From Polyangia bacterium (GTDB taxonomy: Bacteria > Myxococcota_A > Polyangia > JAAYKL01): a stretch of DNA of 46,103 bases. Shown piece after piece: positions 28,779 through 38,510 of this stretch (within the stretch, counting starts at the first letter, position 1; the number at the start of each line of letters is the position of its first letter). Position numbers and translations under genes: made by a program. Below the pieces are notes generated by a model. The model was not told the origin of the DNA. It searched no databases and worked only from the letters and a program-made list of their open reading frames with translations. The stretch lies in assembly GCA_050287845.1 (NCBI GenBank), contig JBNKCR010000049.1:1-46103 (forward strand), written 5' to 3'.

Positions 28779-28922
28779 CGGATATTTATTGTGCCCGAAT
28801 CACGAAACGATGCCAGCGCTGCGACACGTAAATCGAACATTAATTGAAAAATAGAAAACCGTCCCTGAATCCCTCGGCGCAGTCTCCAAAAAAACGCTGA
28901 GAGTGATTATTCTCGCGAAAAC

Positions 28923-30188
28923 TCACTCGTAGTGACACCCGTTGCGGAGGAGGGCAACGGTGCCGTTGGTACCGGTGACAGCGCCGATGCCGCGATAGAA
29001 ATCGACTCCTCTGACCACAGGGGTAATGCCCAATTGAATTTTTTCCACCATCCTCGGCGTGAGGAAGTCAATGAAGTGCACGCGCATCACTTCGCCCGCT
29101 TCTGTAAAGATGAGGGCGGACTGACTGCCCAGCATCCGCACGGCCACCACCGGCGAATCGGTGGGCACCCGCAGCACTCTTTGGGGTTCGGTCATTCTGG
29201 AAATATCAATCAGGCTGAATCCCGCGCCATATTCCGCGGAAACCGCCGATCGCTGATTCACATCCACGTCGACCACCCGGCCCGGTGTGGCAACCGCCTC
29301 ACCGGCAACGGGCGCATTGTCCTGAAGCACAATGGGCACCACCCCAATCAGTGAATCCGCCACCAGCGCACTGTTTCCCCGGGGCGCTATGGCAACCACC
29401 CGTCCCACCGTATCCACCGTGCCCACATACGAAAGGGCGTTGGCGTCCCCCGTCAGCAGACTGATGCCTTCGTTATATCCCGCAATCCAGACAGACGAGT
29501 TGGACACCGCAATATCGACCACCGTATCGAGCTGAATCAGCACTCCTTCGTCCACCGCGGATGTGGCCACCGGATTGGGTAGACTGTCGGTGGCAAACAC
29601 TTCCATTCCCGCTTCCCCTTCCACCGCGGCGAATGCCCCCCAGGTGGCGTCAATACCCACCGGTTGTGCAGCCAGGGGCACGCTTTCCCGAAGGGTCACT
29701 TCCACATATGTTTCCACTACCTCCGTATCAGAAGCCGTATCAATGTTGGCCGGTCCGGCTGCAGAGGTATCGGTTGCCACTTCCCGCTCCGCCACATTGA
29801 AAATCTGTACCGCCGGTTGAGGGCCCCCCACCGCCACATACAGACGATTGCCGATAATGGCCGCATCAAGCGCCGGTTTTGTCAACGGCACCGGCACGAT
29901 TTCCATGGGATTGAACACCGGAGTATACACACATTCGCCGACCACACATTCGCCGGTGGTGCACCCATCCCGGTCATCGCACTCGGTGGCGGAGGTGCAT
30001 TCCAGGGGGATATTGCGACGGTCCGTGTCGAACGCCACAATGGCATCCAGCACCGTATCCGTATCCTGCATGCTCCCATCCGCTTCTCCTGTGTTGCAGG
30101 CCACCGTCAGAAGCGACAGCACCCCCAGCACGCCTCCGCAGACGAAACGAACTGATTTCTTCGACAAAAAATATCGGTCATTTGTCAT
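28923..30188 (-). CDS. Lipoprotein with a Cys-rich module and LVIVD-like beta-propeller repeats
   Basis: Lipobox 'TVAC'; 'CTSATECDDRDGCTTGECVVGECVY'; 'GNRLYVA', 'VGTVDTVGRVVAIA..GNSALVAD', 'GFSLIDIS..EP'; ATGA overlap with the activator gene. Confidence 0.72.
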   Translation of the reverse strand: MTNDRYFLSKKSVRFVCGGVLGVLSLLTVACNTGEADGSMQDTDTVLDAIVAFDTDRRNIPLECTSATECDDRDGCTTGECVVGECVYTPVFNPMEIVPVPLTKPALDAAIIGNRLYVAVGGPQPAVQIFNVAEREVATDTSAAGPANIDTASDTEVVETYVEVTLRESVPLAAQPVGIDATWGAFAAVEGEAGMEVFATDSLPNPVATSAVDEGVLIQLDTVVDIAVSNSSVWIAGYNEGISLLTGDANALSYVGTVDTVGRVVAIAPRGNSALVADSLIGVVPIVLQDNAPVAGEAVATPGRVVDVDVNQRSAVSAEYGAGFSLIDISRMTEPQRVLRVPTDSPVVAVRMLGSQSALIFTEAGEVMRVHFIDFLTPRMVEKIQLGITPVVRGVDFYRGIGAVTGTNGTVALLRNGCHYE

Positions 30189-31549
30189 TCTGTCCCGCCT
30201 TCATCCCGAAAACCGTGTTTGTGGAGCAAATCGTAAAAGTACTTTCGATTGAGTCCGGCGGTACGGGCCGCTTTGGCTATCCGGCCGTCGCTCCGCTCCA
30301 TCAACGCCTCCAGATATTCCTTTTCGAATCGCCCGATAACGGACTCTTTCGCCTCTTTAAACGGCCGGTTAATCTCAAACTTGAGATAATTTCGTTCCAG
30401 GTTGGTTTTCCCCGGCATGTTGACAAACGCATTTTCTTCACCCAGACAGGCCAGTCGCTCCAGCACATTGCGAAGCTCCCGCAGATTTCCCGGCCAGCTG
30501 TAGTCCATCAGCTGCTGCTGTGCATCGACCGTAAGATTGCGAAACATATTGCGATGTTTGCCCAGTTTAAAAAAGTGATCGCATAGCACCGGTATATCCT
30601 GTTTGCGATTGCGAAGGGGTGGCACGGCAATACACACCACCGCAATGCGATAATACAAATCCTGGCGAAACTTGCCCTCATCCACCGCCTCGGCCAAATC
30701 CTGTTTGCTGGCGGCAATAATCTGAAAATCGAGCTTGATGGCCTGAGTGCCTCCCAACCGCCGAATCTCCCGTTCATCAAGGGCCCGCAGCAACTTGGCC
30801 TGCAATTCCAGGGGCAGCTCTTCTATTTCGTCCACAAAAAGCGTCCCCCCCTGCGCCCGTTCGCATGCCCCCGGCCGGAAGGCGTGGGCACCGGTGAACG
30901 CGCCCTTTTCGGCCCCGAATAATTCGCTCTCAATAAGCGACGGGGGCACCGAGGCGCAATCAAACACCACAAACGGTCGCTCCCTGCGAACACTTTCTTC
31001 GTGAATGGCCTTGGCCAGAGCACTTTTTCCGGTACCGGTTTCTCCCTGCAGCAGCACCGTGGTCCCCGCGGTGGCCACCTTCCGCAACACCCCCATAATT
31101 GATCCCATGGATGAACTGGTGGCAATGAGCGAGCCAAAAGAGTGCACCTCTTCGTCCGCGTTCAGAGGCGAACTGTTGTAGACGGGCTCGAACACCATCT
31201 TCACCTTGCCCGCATGAATCACGGCGCCGGGCAACAGAAATGCCTCCTTCACCCGCGTTCCGTTCACTGCGGTGCCATTGGTGGAATCCAAATCCCGAAT
31301 AAAAAATCGCTCTTTGGTGGTGATAATCTGAAAATGTTTTCGCGACACGGTGGAATCCGAAAGCACCAGATCGCAGCTGGCATCCTTTCCCACCGTGTAC
31401 ACATCCCGGGTCATCGTCACTGAGCGTACGGGCTCGCCCCGTGCCTGAACAGTGAGTTGCAGCTGCCGCAACCGAACCGGATTGGGCACATGCCCCAGTA
31501 CCTGGGTGGCATCCTCAATTTTCATTCTGTTGGTGGTTTTTCGCCCCAC
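30185..31549 (-). CDS. FHA-domain sigma-54-dependent enhancer-binding protein
   Basis: FHA 'VGKDASCDLVLSDSTVSRKH...RDLDSTNGT'; Walker A 'GETGTGKS'; 'ESELFG.EKGAFTGA'; Walker B 'LFVDEI'; 'WPGNLREL'; C-terminal Fis-type HTH. Start may be the ATG at 31525. Confidence 0.93.
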   Translation of the reverse strand: MGRKTTNRMKIEDATQVLGHVPNPVRLRQLQLTVQARGEPVRSVTMTRDVYTVGKDASCDLVLSDSTVSRKHFQIITTKERFFIRDLDSTNGTAVNGTRVKEAFLLPGAVIHAGKVKMVFEPVYNSSPLNADEEVHSFGSLIATSSSMGSIMGVLRKVATAGTTVLLQGETGTGKSALAKAIHEESVRRERPFVVFDCASVPPSLIESELFGAEKGAFTGAHAFRPGACERAQGGTLFVDEIEELPLELQAKLLRALDEREIRRLGGTQAIKLDFQIIAASKQDLAEAVDEGKFRQDLYYRIAVVCIAVPPLRNRKQDIPVLCDHFFKLGKHRNMFRNLTVDAQQQLMDYSWPGNLRELRNVLERLACLGEENAFVNMPGKTNLERNYLKFEINRPFKEAKESVIGRFEKEYLEALMERSDGRIAKAARTAGLNRKYFYDLLHKHGFRDEGGTE

Positions 31550-32062
31550 TTCGGTCCATCCTTCTGGTAGTCGGCTTCAGGTTTCCCGCACGTTGTTTCC
31601 GGGCATCCGCTTGTCAGATTGATGTTCAAAAATTATCATTTAATAATCAATATGACCCAATCTCACCCATGCGCTACCCGAAACCGGAATAACCGGGTCG
31701 CCATTGGCTGTCCCTGCGTACAGAAATTGAAGGGTGATAACAATGTCATCCGCAATGGCGTTGCGAACACAGACGGCCCGGAGCGCTGTCCCCATGGGCG
31801 GGACGGGAATGCGTATCCCGCGAATGCCATCGACAGCCGGCGAAGCCTCGTCTCTCTGACCCATCCTCAGAAGGGGACTTCTATTTTACTACCAAAAACA
31901 ACCGAAAACGGCTTCATAATCGCTCTGTTTTTCGATACTCTCTGATTTTCGGAAGATGAGGGCTTACTGCTTATGTGCTTCAGGGCTTGTCTGCGAAAAC
32001 GCAATGGGTTGGATTAAATACAATATATCCATCTCATTCATCGACTTTTTCAGGAGTTTATC

Positions 32063-33436
32063 ATGATGAACATACTCGGTTTTCTCGGCGGGATTGTGTG
32101 GGGTCCTGTTGGCATTGTTTTTCTTGTCGGCACAGGGATTTTCATTTCATTCCGCACCGGATTCATCCAGTTCCGCATGTTTACCTATGCATGGAAACTG
32201 ATCAGTGGAAAATTCGATGATGAAAATGATGACGGGGAGATTACGCACTTCCAGGCGCTCAGTGCCGCGCTATCCGCAACAATCGGTACAGGCAACATTG
32301 CCGGCGTAGGAACAGCAATCGCTCTGGGAGGTCCGGGAGCTGTTTTCTGGATGTGGATCACAGCGCTCTTCGGTATGGGGTTAAAATATGCGGAAGCACT
32401 TCTTTCTCTCAATTTTCGGACCATTCATGAGGACGGCTCGGTCAGTGCCGGTCCCATGTACTATATCGAAAAGGGAATCGGACAGAAATGGCTCGGCGTC
32501 TGTTTCGCCCTCTTTGCCGCCATCGCTTCTTTTGGAATTGGAAACATGGTGCAGGCGAACTCTGTCGCCGAACCGGCATTGAGTGCCTTTGGTATTCCAA
32601 AGCTGGCAACCGGTATCGTGCTGGCCGTTCTTGTTTTTCTTGTTATTATTGGCGGAATCAGACGAATAGGCCGTGTTGCAAGTAAACTGGTTCCCTTCAT
32701 GTCCATTCTGTATGTAACAGGCGCTCTGGCCATCCTGATTATGAATATCGGAGAAATCGGTGCGGCTTTCGCACAGATTTTTGTTCATGCTTTTTCTCCG
32801 TCTTCGGCAGCCGGCGGTTTCGCAGGAGCTGCCGTAACTTCGGCAATCCGTTTTGGTGTTGCCCGGGGAGTCTTCTCAAATGAAGCCGGGCTGGGTTCTG
32901 CTCCGATTGCCCACGGCGCTGCCATGACAAAAGAACCTGTTCGAGAGGGACTTGTGGCCATGCTCGGACCTTTCATTGACACAATCGTTATCTGCTCAAT
33001 GACTGCACTCGTCATCATTATTTCCGGAGCGTATACCCAGACCGACGGGGACGGCGGTGCCCTGACCGGCGCAATACTGACAAGTACCGCTTTTCAGCAG
33101 GGACTGGGAATTGGAAATATAGGAGAACTCATTGTATCTGTGGGGATTATCTTTTTCGCCTTGTCCACCATCATCAGCTGGTCATACTATGGTGACCGAT
33201 CCGTTGAATATCTTCTGGGAGAAAAAGCGGTTCTGCCATACAGGCTTATTTACTGTCTGCTCATTCCGGTGGGCGCGTATATGAAACTGGACTTTGTATG
33301 GACATTCTCAGACGTTGCGAACGGACTGATGGCATGGCCGAACCTTGTGGCCATTCTACTCCTTTCACCGGTTGTGGTGAAACTGACCAGAGAGTACTTC
33401 AGTGATCCGGATAAAGTAAATCCTCCTTCAAAATAA
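32063..33436 (+). CDS. Sodium:alanine/glycine symporter (AGCS/AlsT family)
   Basis: 'FQALSAALSATIGTGNIAGV..AIALGGPGAVFWMW', 'GPMYYI', 'GVARGVFSNEAGLGSAPIAH', 'FIDTIVICSMTA'; RBS AGGAG. Confidence 0.95.
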   Translation: MMNILGFLGGIVWGPVGIVFLVGTGIFISFRTGFIQFRMFTYAWKLISGKFDDENDDGEITHFQALSAALSATIGTGNIAGVGTAIALGGPGAVFWMWITALFGMGLKYAEALLSLNFRTIHEDGSVSAGPMYYIEKGIGQKWLGVCFALFAAIASFGIGNMVQANSVAEPALSAFGIPKLATGIVLAVLVFLVIIGGIRRIGRVASKLVPFMSILYVTGALAILIMNIGEIGAAFAQIFVHAFSPSSAAGGFAGAAVTSAIRFGVARGVFSNEAGLGSAPIAHGAAMTKEPVREGLVAMLGPFIDTIVICSMTALVIIISGAYTQTDGDGGALTGAILTSTAFQQGLGIGNIGELIVSVGIIFFALSTIISWSYYGDRSVEYLLGEKAVLPYRLIYCLLIPVGAYMKLDFVWTFSDVANGLMAWPNLVAILLLSPVVVKLTREYFSDPDKVNPPSK

Positions 33437-33497
33437 CGGAGATTAGACCGCCACTTTTCAGACACTGAATACCCCTGGCGTCTATGACTATCCCCGA

Positions 33498-33734
33498 TTA
33501 CAGGGATTGAAGGGCGCTGATGATCTCTTCGGCCGTTTCGTACCCATCGCAGATGTCCCAAAATTCGTCCCGAGTGGGGGGAGGCGTATCCATGGAAATG
33601 CGGATTTCCGCACTCTGGTCCACCAAGTTGACGCACGTGATGGCCTCCCAGCCAGATTCATCGGGACAAAGCACAATCCGCCTGATTGCGCTCAATACGA
33701 CCTGAATCCCCCCGTTTTTCAGGGTATCGCTCAT
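33498..33734 (-). CDS. Small hypothetical protein
   Basis: 78-aa ATG-started ORF filling the gap between two genes; protein-like composition; no recognised motif. Confidence 0.35.
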   Translation of the reverse strand: MSDTLKNGGIQVVLSAIRRIVLCPDESGWEAITCVNLVDQSAEIRISMDTPPPTRDEFWDICDGYETAEEIISALQSL

Positions 33735-33896
33735 TATTCAAACGTCCGCCAATGACTACGCCGGCTGTTTTCACAACATCGCAATCAACTCGTCATGATT
33801 AGCAATTGAGAACTCCCACCAAAACTGCTACTCTTCCATCAAACACCCCGGGTAAAGTGGATGTTGCCCGATTTTACTGCAACAAGTGATATTTTC

Positions 33897-36398
33897 ATGA
33901 ATACAGATAAAAAAAAATGCCCCGAATGCAGCAGGCAGTTGCCAGTGACCGCTTCAAACTGCAAATACTGTGGCGCCGCTCTGCATGAAATGAAGACATC
34001 ATCATTGTTTGACAGTCTCGGCAAAGCTTCGGCTGAAAAGAGGAAGGGCATACTGTCGCCGCCGAGACCGTCCGGAACCGGATTTGAGAAAAAAGGCGGG
34101 AAGTCGACCCGGTTGAAGTCAGATCCGCCGAAACTCCCGCGACCGAGCGTGCTGCCCCCGGATGAAATCGATGAATGGATACCGGATGCAGGAGATGGCT
34201 CCGCATTGATTCAGCTCGATCAGCTTCCGGTGCACGCGGACAGCGGAGAGGCGGAAGCCGAAGAGACGGATCCGACCATTATCCGACCGGACAGTATTCC
34301 GTCGGAGGAACAGACTGTTGTTTCGAGAGTGTCCGAAAGCAAATCGCGCCAAATGAGAGAAGACGCCGAAGTTGCTTCGATTTTTGAAGATTCGGCTCCT
34401 CAGTTTTTTCCAGGCGAATCATTGTCCCCGTCGGACCCGGATTCCCGGAACGAAGTTGGGGCCGGGGAACCAAACATATCTGAAGACGAAACCAGGGTTC
34501 AGGCAGCCAGAAAGTCGGAACCGTCTGCGGAAGAACCGATTGCCGGACCATCAGCGGTGTCCCGGTCGATGGTTCCGTCCCGCAAGGCATCGGTACCGCC
34601 ACCTCCGAGGCCCTCTGTCCCGGGAAGGCCGTCCATACCATCCATGCAGGCGGCAATCGCCTCTGCTGTGTCGCCCACGCTGCCACGACCGTCAACCGCT
34701 CCCCCACCCGCACCAACCGAAGACGAAATAGGGGCACAGTCGCTGCTGGGATACAGCGCGGGATTGTCTTCGGACATCCCGATGAGTGCGGATGGGATTC
34801 CCTCTGTATATCCACCGGATACCACGCCACCTGTCGACACTTCTGAAATCGGTGGTGTCGATGAAATTCTGTACAGCAGTCCACCGGAAGCGTACGAGGA
34901 CAGCAAGGTGGAGGAAGGATTTCTGGACAGATTACTGGACCGGTTTCCCGGTTCATTTCTGGAAAAAATTCTGGAGGAAATCCCAGACCGGTTTCTGGAC
35001 AGATTTCTGGAGAGCTTTCCAGGCAAGTACCTGAATAAATTGCTGGATCGAATTCCGGAACGATATTTGCCCGAGCGAAAAATTGTGGTTGTCGGTATTG
35101 CGGCATTCACGGTGACGGTGGTCTTCACACTTATCATTATCTGGGCCACAAGCGGTCCAGATACCATCGAGATGGTGGATGTATCCGCGGTGGAAACCCG
35201 GAATCCCGCGTCAGATGTATCGAATAAATCGGTTGCCGCATCAAAAACGTCCGCTGCGCCGTCCACTTTGGAACCCACTGCGCCCCCATCCGTTGACACC
35301 GGCCATGAGGTGGTTGCGGAAAATTGTTCTCCTCTGGAGGACTATCTGAAAAAGTTTCCGTGGAAAAGGCACATCCGGGCAATTCTGACCCACTACGACA
35401 CCAATAAATTATGTGAACTGTTCGGCGCCGCGCCGCAGGGCATTGCCGATGCGCTGTCGCATATGACGATGGTGGGACCCACCGGGTACGACTGGATGGC
35501 GGACGGGGGCCGTCTTGAACTGTATCCGGGCGGAAATGTCGGTCCGCGCAATCCATCTCTGGAATTTCTTTTCGCGGGCGACCGCCTGTTCAGAATCCGG
35601 TTCAAACTTCGGAATCTGAAAATTGGTCGGTACGCCGATGCGGACCACCTGGAGAAATCATTCAAAAAAGAAGCGGAAAGCCAGGATCACCTGGGCCGGA
35701 CAACAGTCACATTCGACGATGGGGATATGACCGTTACCCTGATTGAAGAGAATTGGTATGGTCGAACCCTGCGCACCGTTGAATTTTCAAGCGATGTGAT
35801 GAACGAAGAACTGGCTGCCCGTATTGAAAAAATGAATCGGCTGGAAACCGTATTCAAGGAGGCGGAATCGGCGTACTTCGCCTGGAAATTTGATGATGCC
35901 AGAAAGAAATACGAAGAACTGAATGCCATGACGCCTGCATTGGGGGCGGCATTGGTGAAACGCGGGTTGATCGCCCTGCGTGATGATGATTTCAGCACGG
36001 CGAAGGCGCTTGCGGACAAATGCCTCGAAGTCAGCCGACAAAACGATGTGAAAGCCGAAGCCAGGGGACTGTTGGCCGTAAATAGCCTGCATCAGGGGGA
36101 TCGGGAGGGCGCGCTGCAGCATCTGTACGAAGCAAAAAAGCTTGCTCCGGCGAATGCCCGTTTTTCCGGTTATATCGAACAGCTCGAAAGTGGCACCTAC
36201 TCCATTCAGAGTATTGCCCAGACCGCTGCCCGTCTGGCCTGTATCGAAGAAGGCAAAAGCCGTTCGTCGGAAATCGGGGTGCTGGCCCGGGGATATTTTC
36301 CCGACGCCGGTACGTATAAAAAGAACCTGAAAGCCGTTGCCAGAGATTCGGAATTCAGGGAAGCCCGGGACAACCTGATGACCTGGGAATGCAGATAG
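33897..36398 (+). CDS. Membrane protein: zinc ribbon, Pro-rich disordered region, TM helix, periplasmic domain with TPRs
   Basis: 'CPEC...CKYCG' at the N-terminus; TM 'IVVVGIAAFTVTVVFTLIIIW'; TPR-like C-terminal helices. Confidence 0.8.
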   Translation: MNTDKKKCPECSRQLPVTASNCKYCGAALHEMKTSSLFDSLGKASAEKRKGILSPPRPSGTGFEKKGGKSTRLKSDPPKLPRPSVLPPDEIDEWIPDAGDGSALIQLDQLPVHADSGEAEAEETDPTIIRPDSIPSEEQTVVSRVSESKSRQMREDAEVASIFEDSAPQFFPGESLSPSDPDSRNEVGAGEPNISEDETRVQAARKSEPSAEEPIAGPSAVSRSMVPSRKASVPPPPRPSVPGRPSIPSMQAAIASAVSPTLPRPSTAPPPAPTEDEIGAQSLLGYSAGLSSDIPMSADGIPSVYPPDTTPPVDTSEIGGVDEILYSSPPEAYEDSKVEEGFLDRLLDRFPGSFLEKILEEIPDRFLDRFLESFPGKYLNKLLDRIPERYLPERKIVVVGIAAFTVTVVFTLIIIWATSGPDTIEMVDVSAVETRNPASDVSNKSVAASKTSAAPSTLEPTAPPSVDTGHEVVAENCSPLEDYLKKFPWKRHIRAILTHYDTNKLCELFGAAPQGIADALSHMTMVGPTGYDWMADGGRLELYPGGNVGPRNPSLEFLFAGDRLFRIRFKLRNLKIGRYADADHLEKSFKKEAESQDHLGRTTVTFDDGDMTVTLIEENWYGRTLRTVEFSSDVMNEELAARIEKMNRLETVFKEAESAYFAWKFDDARKKYEELNAMTPALGAALVKRGLIALRDDDFSTAKALADKCLEVSRQNDVKAEARGLLAVNSLHQGDREGALQHLYEAKKLAPANARFSGYIEQLESGTYSIQSIAQTAARLACIEEGKSRSSEIGVLARGYFPDAGTYKKNLKAVARDSEFREARDNLMTWECR

Positions 36399-36627
36399 AC
36401 CGATTCAACGCACAGTTGAAGGAGCGGCGTTACCATCGCAGTCCGCTGATTCGGCAGGACAATGAGACCTGCGTCGTTCAGCCGAGTTTTGCATGAGTGG
36501 CCCCCGATCGACGCCAATTTTTCTGGAATCCGAAAAAAAAAACATTCTCCCCTGTCCACCTTCAGTTTCAGCTCTTGATGTCGTTATTCAGAAAAGTTAC
36601 TGAATAAAAAGGGTACCTGAATTAAAA

Positions 36628-37869
36628 ATGGAATCTTTTATCGCCAGACAACCGATTTTTGACGCTGAGAAAAATGTTGTTGCGTATGAGTTGCTGTTTC
36701 GGGATGGGGAGACCAATGCACTGGCCGTCACCCGGATATTGGATGGCACCCAGGCCTCATACCACGTCATGACCAATGCGCTGACCCTGTTCGGTCTGGA
36801 AAATATCACCCGGGGAAAACAGGCATTCATCAACGCCACCCGGGAGGTGCTGGTGGGCCAGCTGCCCACCACGTTCTCACCGGACTCCATTGTCATCGAA
36901 ATTCTGGAAGATGTTCCCGCCGATGCCGAAGTAATTGATGCCTGCGCACAGTTCAAGTCGGAGGGATACACCATCGCCATGGACGATGTGGTCCACGGGG
37001 AGTCCAGACATGAAATGGTGAAATTGGCGGACATCATCAAAATTGATTTCATGCTGACCAATCCGGCGGAACGGGCCGCGCTGGCAAATCGCTTTCTGTC
37101 GGATGGAAAAGCGCTACTGGCCGAAAAAGTGGAAACCCACGAAGATTTTCAGTTGGCCAAAGACCTGGGATTCAAATATTTTCAGGGATACTTCTTCGCC
37201 CGCCCGGAAATTCTGGTTCGAAAGTCAATCCGATCGAACAAGATGAATTCCCTTCGGTTGATTACGCTGCTTCAACCTGACGAACCGGATCTGCGGGCGC
37301 TGGAAGACATTATCAAGAACGACGTGGCCATGTCCTATCGTCTGCTTCGATATATCAATTCGGCATTCTTTTCGTTCCGCAAGGAAATTTCGTCCATCCG
37401 CCAGGCAATAGTGCTGCTGGGAAATCGGGAGTTCAAGAAATGGGCGACACTCATTGCCATGAGTGGTCTGACCGATGACAAGCCGGAGGAATTGCTGGTC
37501 ACCGGCCTGGTGCGCGCCCGATTTCTTGAGTTGCTGTCGCCCGGTATCGAGATGCACAGGGAAAGCGAGAACCTGTTTCTGATGGGGATATTCTCCATTC
37601 TGGACGGCGCGACAGATCAATCATTTGAAGTGATATTCAAGGAATTGCCCCTGCACCCCCTCATCCGCGACGCGCTTCAGTTTCACCGGGGTCCCTATGC
37701 GCCAATCATCGGTGCGGTGGAAGCCTTTGAAAACCGCCAATGGGATGATTTTGCCGCGTTCATCGACGCCTACCTCAATCTATCGGGGAAGGTCACCGAG
37801 CTCTATCTGAATGCGGTCCAATGGGCCAACCAGAGTATCGCCGCCATTCCCAGAAAAGTGTCCGGATAA
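36628..37869 (+). CDS. EAL and HDOD domain protein (YuxH/PdeH family)
   Basis: 'FIARQPIFD...AYELLFR', 'IEILE', 'IIKIDF', 'LLAEKVET', 'FQGYFFARP', HDOD 'IIKNDVAMSYRLLRYINSA'. Confidence 0.93.
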   Translation: MESFIARQPIFDAEKNVVAYELLFRDGETNALAVTRILDGTQASYHVMTNALTLFGLENITRGKQAFINATREVLVGQLPTTFSPDSIVIEILEDVPADAEVIDACAQFKSEGYTIAMDDVVHGESRHEMVKLADIIKIDFMLTNPAERAALANRFLSDGKALLAEKVETHEDFQLAKDLGFKYFQGYFFARPEILVRKSIRSNKMNSLRLITLLQPDEPDLRALEDIIKNDVAMSYRLLRYINSAFFSFRKEISSIRQAIVLLGNREFKKWATLIAMSGLTDDKPEELLVTGLVRARFLELLSPGIEMHRESENLFLMGIFSILDGATDQSFEVIFKELPLHPLIRDALQFHRGPYAPIIGAVEAFENRQWDDFAAFIDAYLNLSGKVTELYLNAVQWANQSIAAIPRKVSG

Positions 37870-37871
37870 AT

Positions 37872-38510
37872 TCAGGTCGTCTCCGTATCATCGGCTTCTC
37901 TGGGGGCCGTTATCCCATGCACGCGGCCGCTGGTGGCATCGGTGAGATCCCGCTGAAAATCGGCCACCGCCGATTGGGGCAGGGTCACATCGAATGCAAC
38001 GCAGGTGTCGGTGTAGGTTTCGGCGTTGCGGCAGACCCCATGGCGATCCAGTAATGGATACACGCAGCCGATACAGTCAAACGGAACATTGAACAGGCGG
38101 CGCACGGTGGGAATGACGTGCACTTTGTTCGCGCGCCCCAGACAGGTGGCGGCCGCATTGCCATAGGCGCGCACCAGACCACCGGCCCCCAGTTTGATGC
38201 CCCCGAAAAACCGGACCACCACCACCATGACACCGTTCACACCACTGCCCTCAATGGCGGTCAGAATCGGCTTTCCCGCAGTGCCACCGGGCTCGCCGTC
38301 ATCGCTGAATCGATAGTCGCTGCCCATTTTGTACGCCCAGCAGTTGTGGGTTGCCGCATCATTCCGCACCGTGGCCAGAAACGCCAGCGCGTCATCCCTG
38401 GACGCCACCGGCGCCGCGTGGGCAATGAAACGGCTCTTTTTGATTTCGATGCTGATGGTGGATGGTTCCCGAAGAGTCATCCACCCGGATTCGGGACTAT
38501 CGGTTTTCAT
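37872..38510 (-). CDS. yigZ: YigZ/IMPACT family protein
   Basis: 'IKKSRFIA', 'ATHNCWAY', 'SDDGEPGGTAGKPIL', 'VVRFFGGIKLGAGGLVRAY'. Confidence 0.93.
   Translation of the reverse strand: MKTDSPESGWMTLREPSTISIEIKKSRFIAHAAPVASRDDALAFLATVRNDAATHNCWAYKMGSDYRFSDDGEPGGTAGKPILTAIEGSGVNGVMVVVVRFFGGIKLGAGGLVRAYGNAAATCLGRANKVHVIPTVRRLFNVPFDCIGCVYPLLDRHGVCRNAETYTDTCVAFDVTLPQSAVADFQRDLTDATSGRVHGITAPREADDTETT

Noticed and set aside
31560..32062. Glycine riboswitch upstream of the alanine/glycine symporter; small ORFs 31619-31945 and 31640-31864
   Set aside because: Could not find the GGAGA...CCGAAG...CTCTCAGG aptamer core; the ORFs have no supporting motifs.
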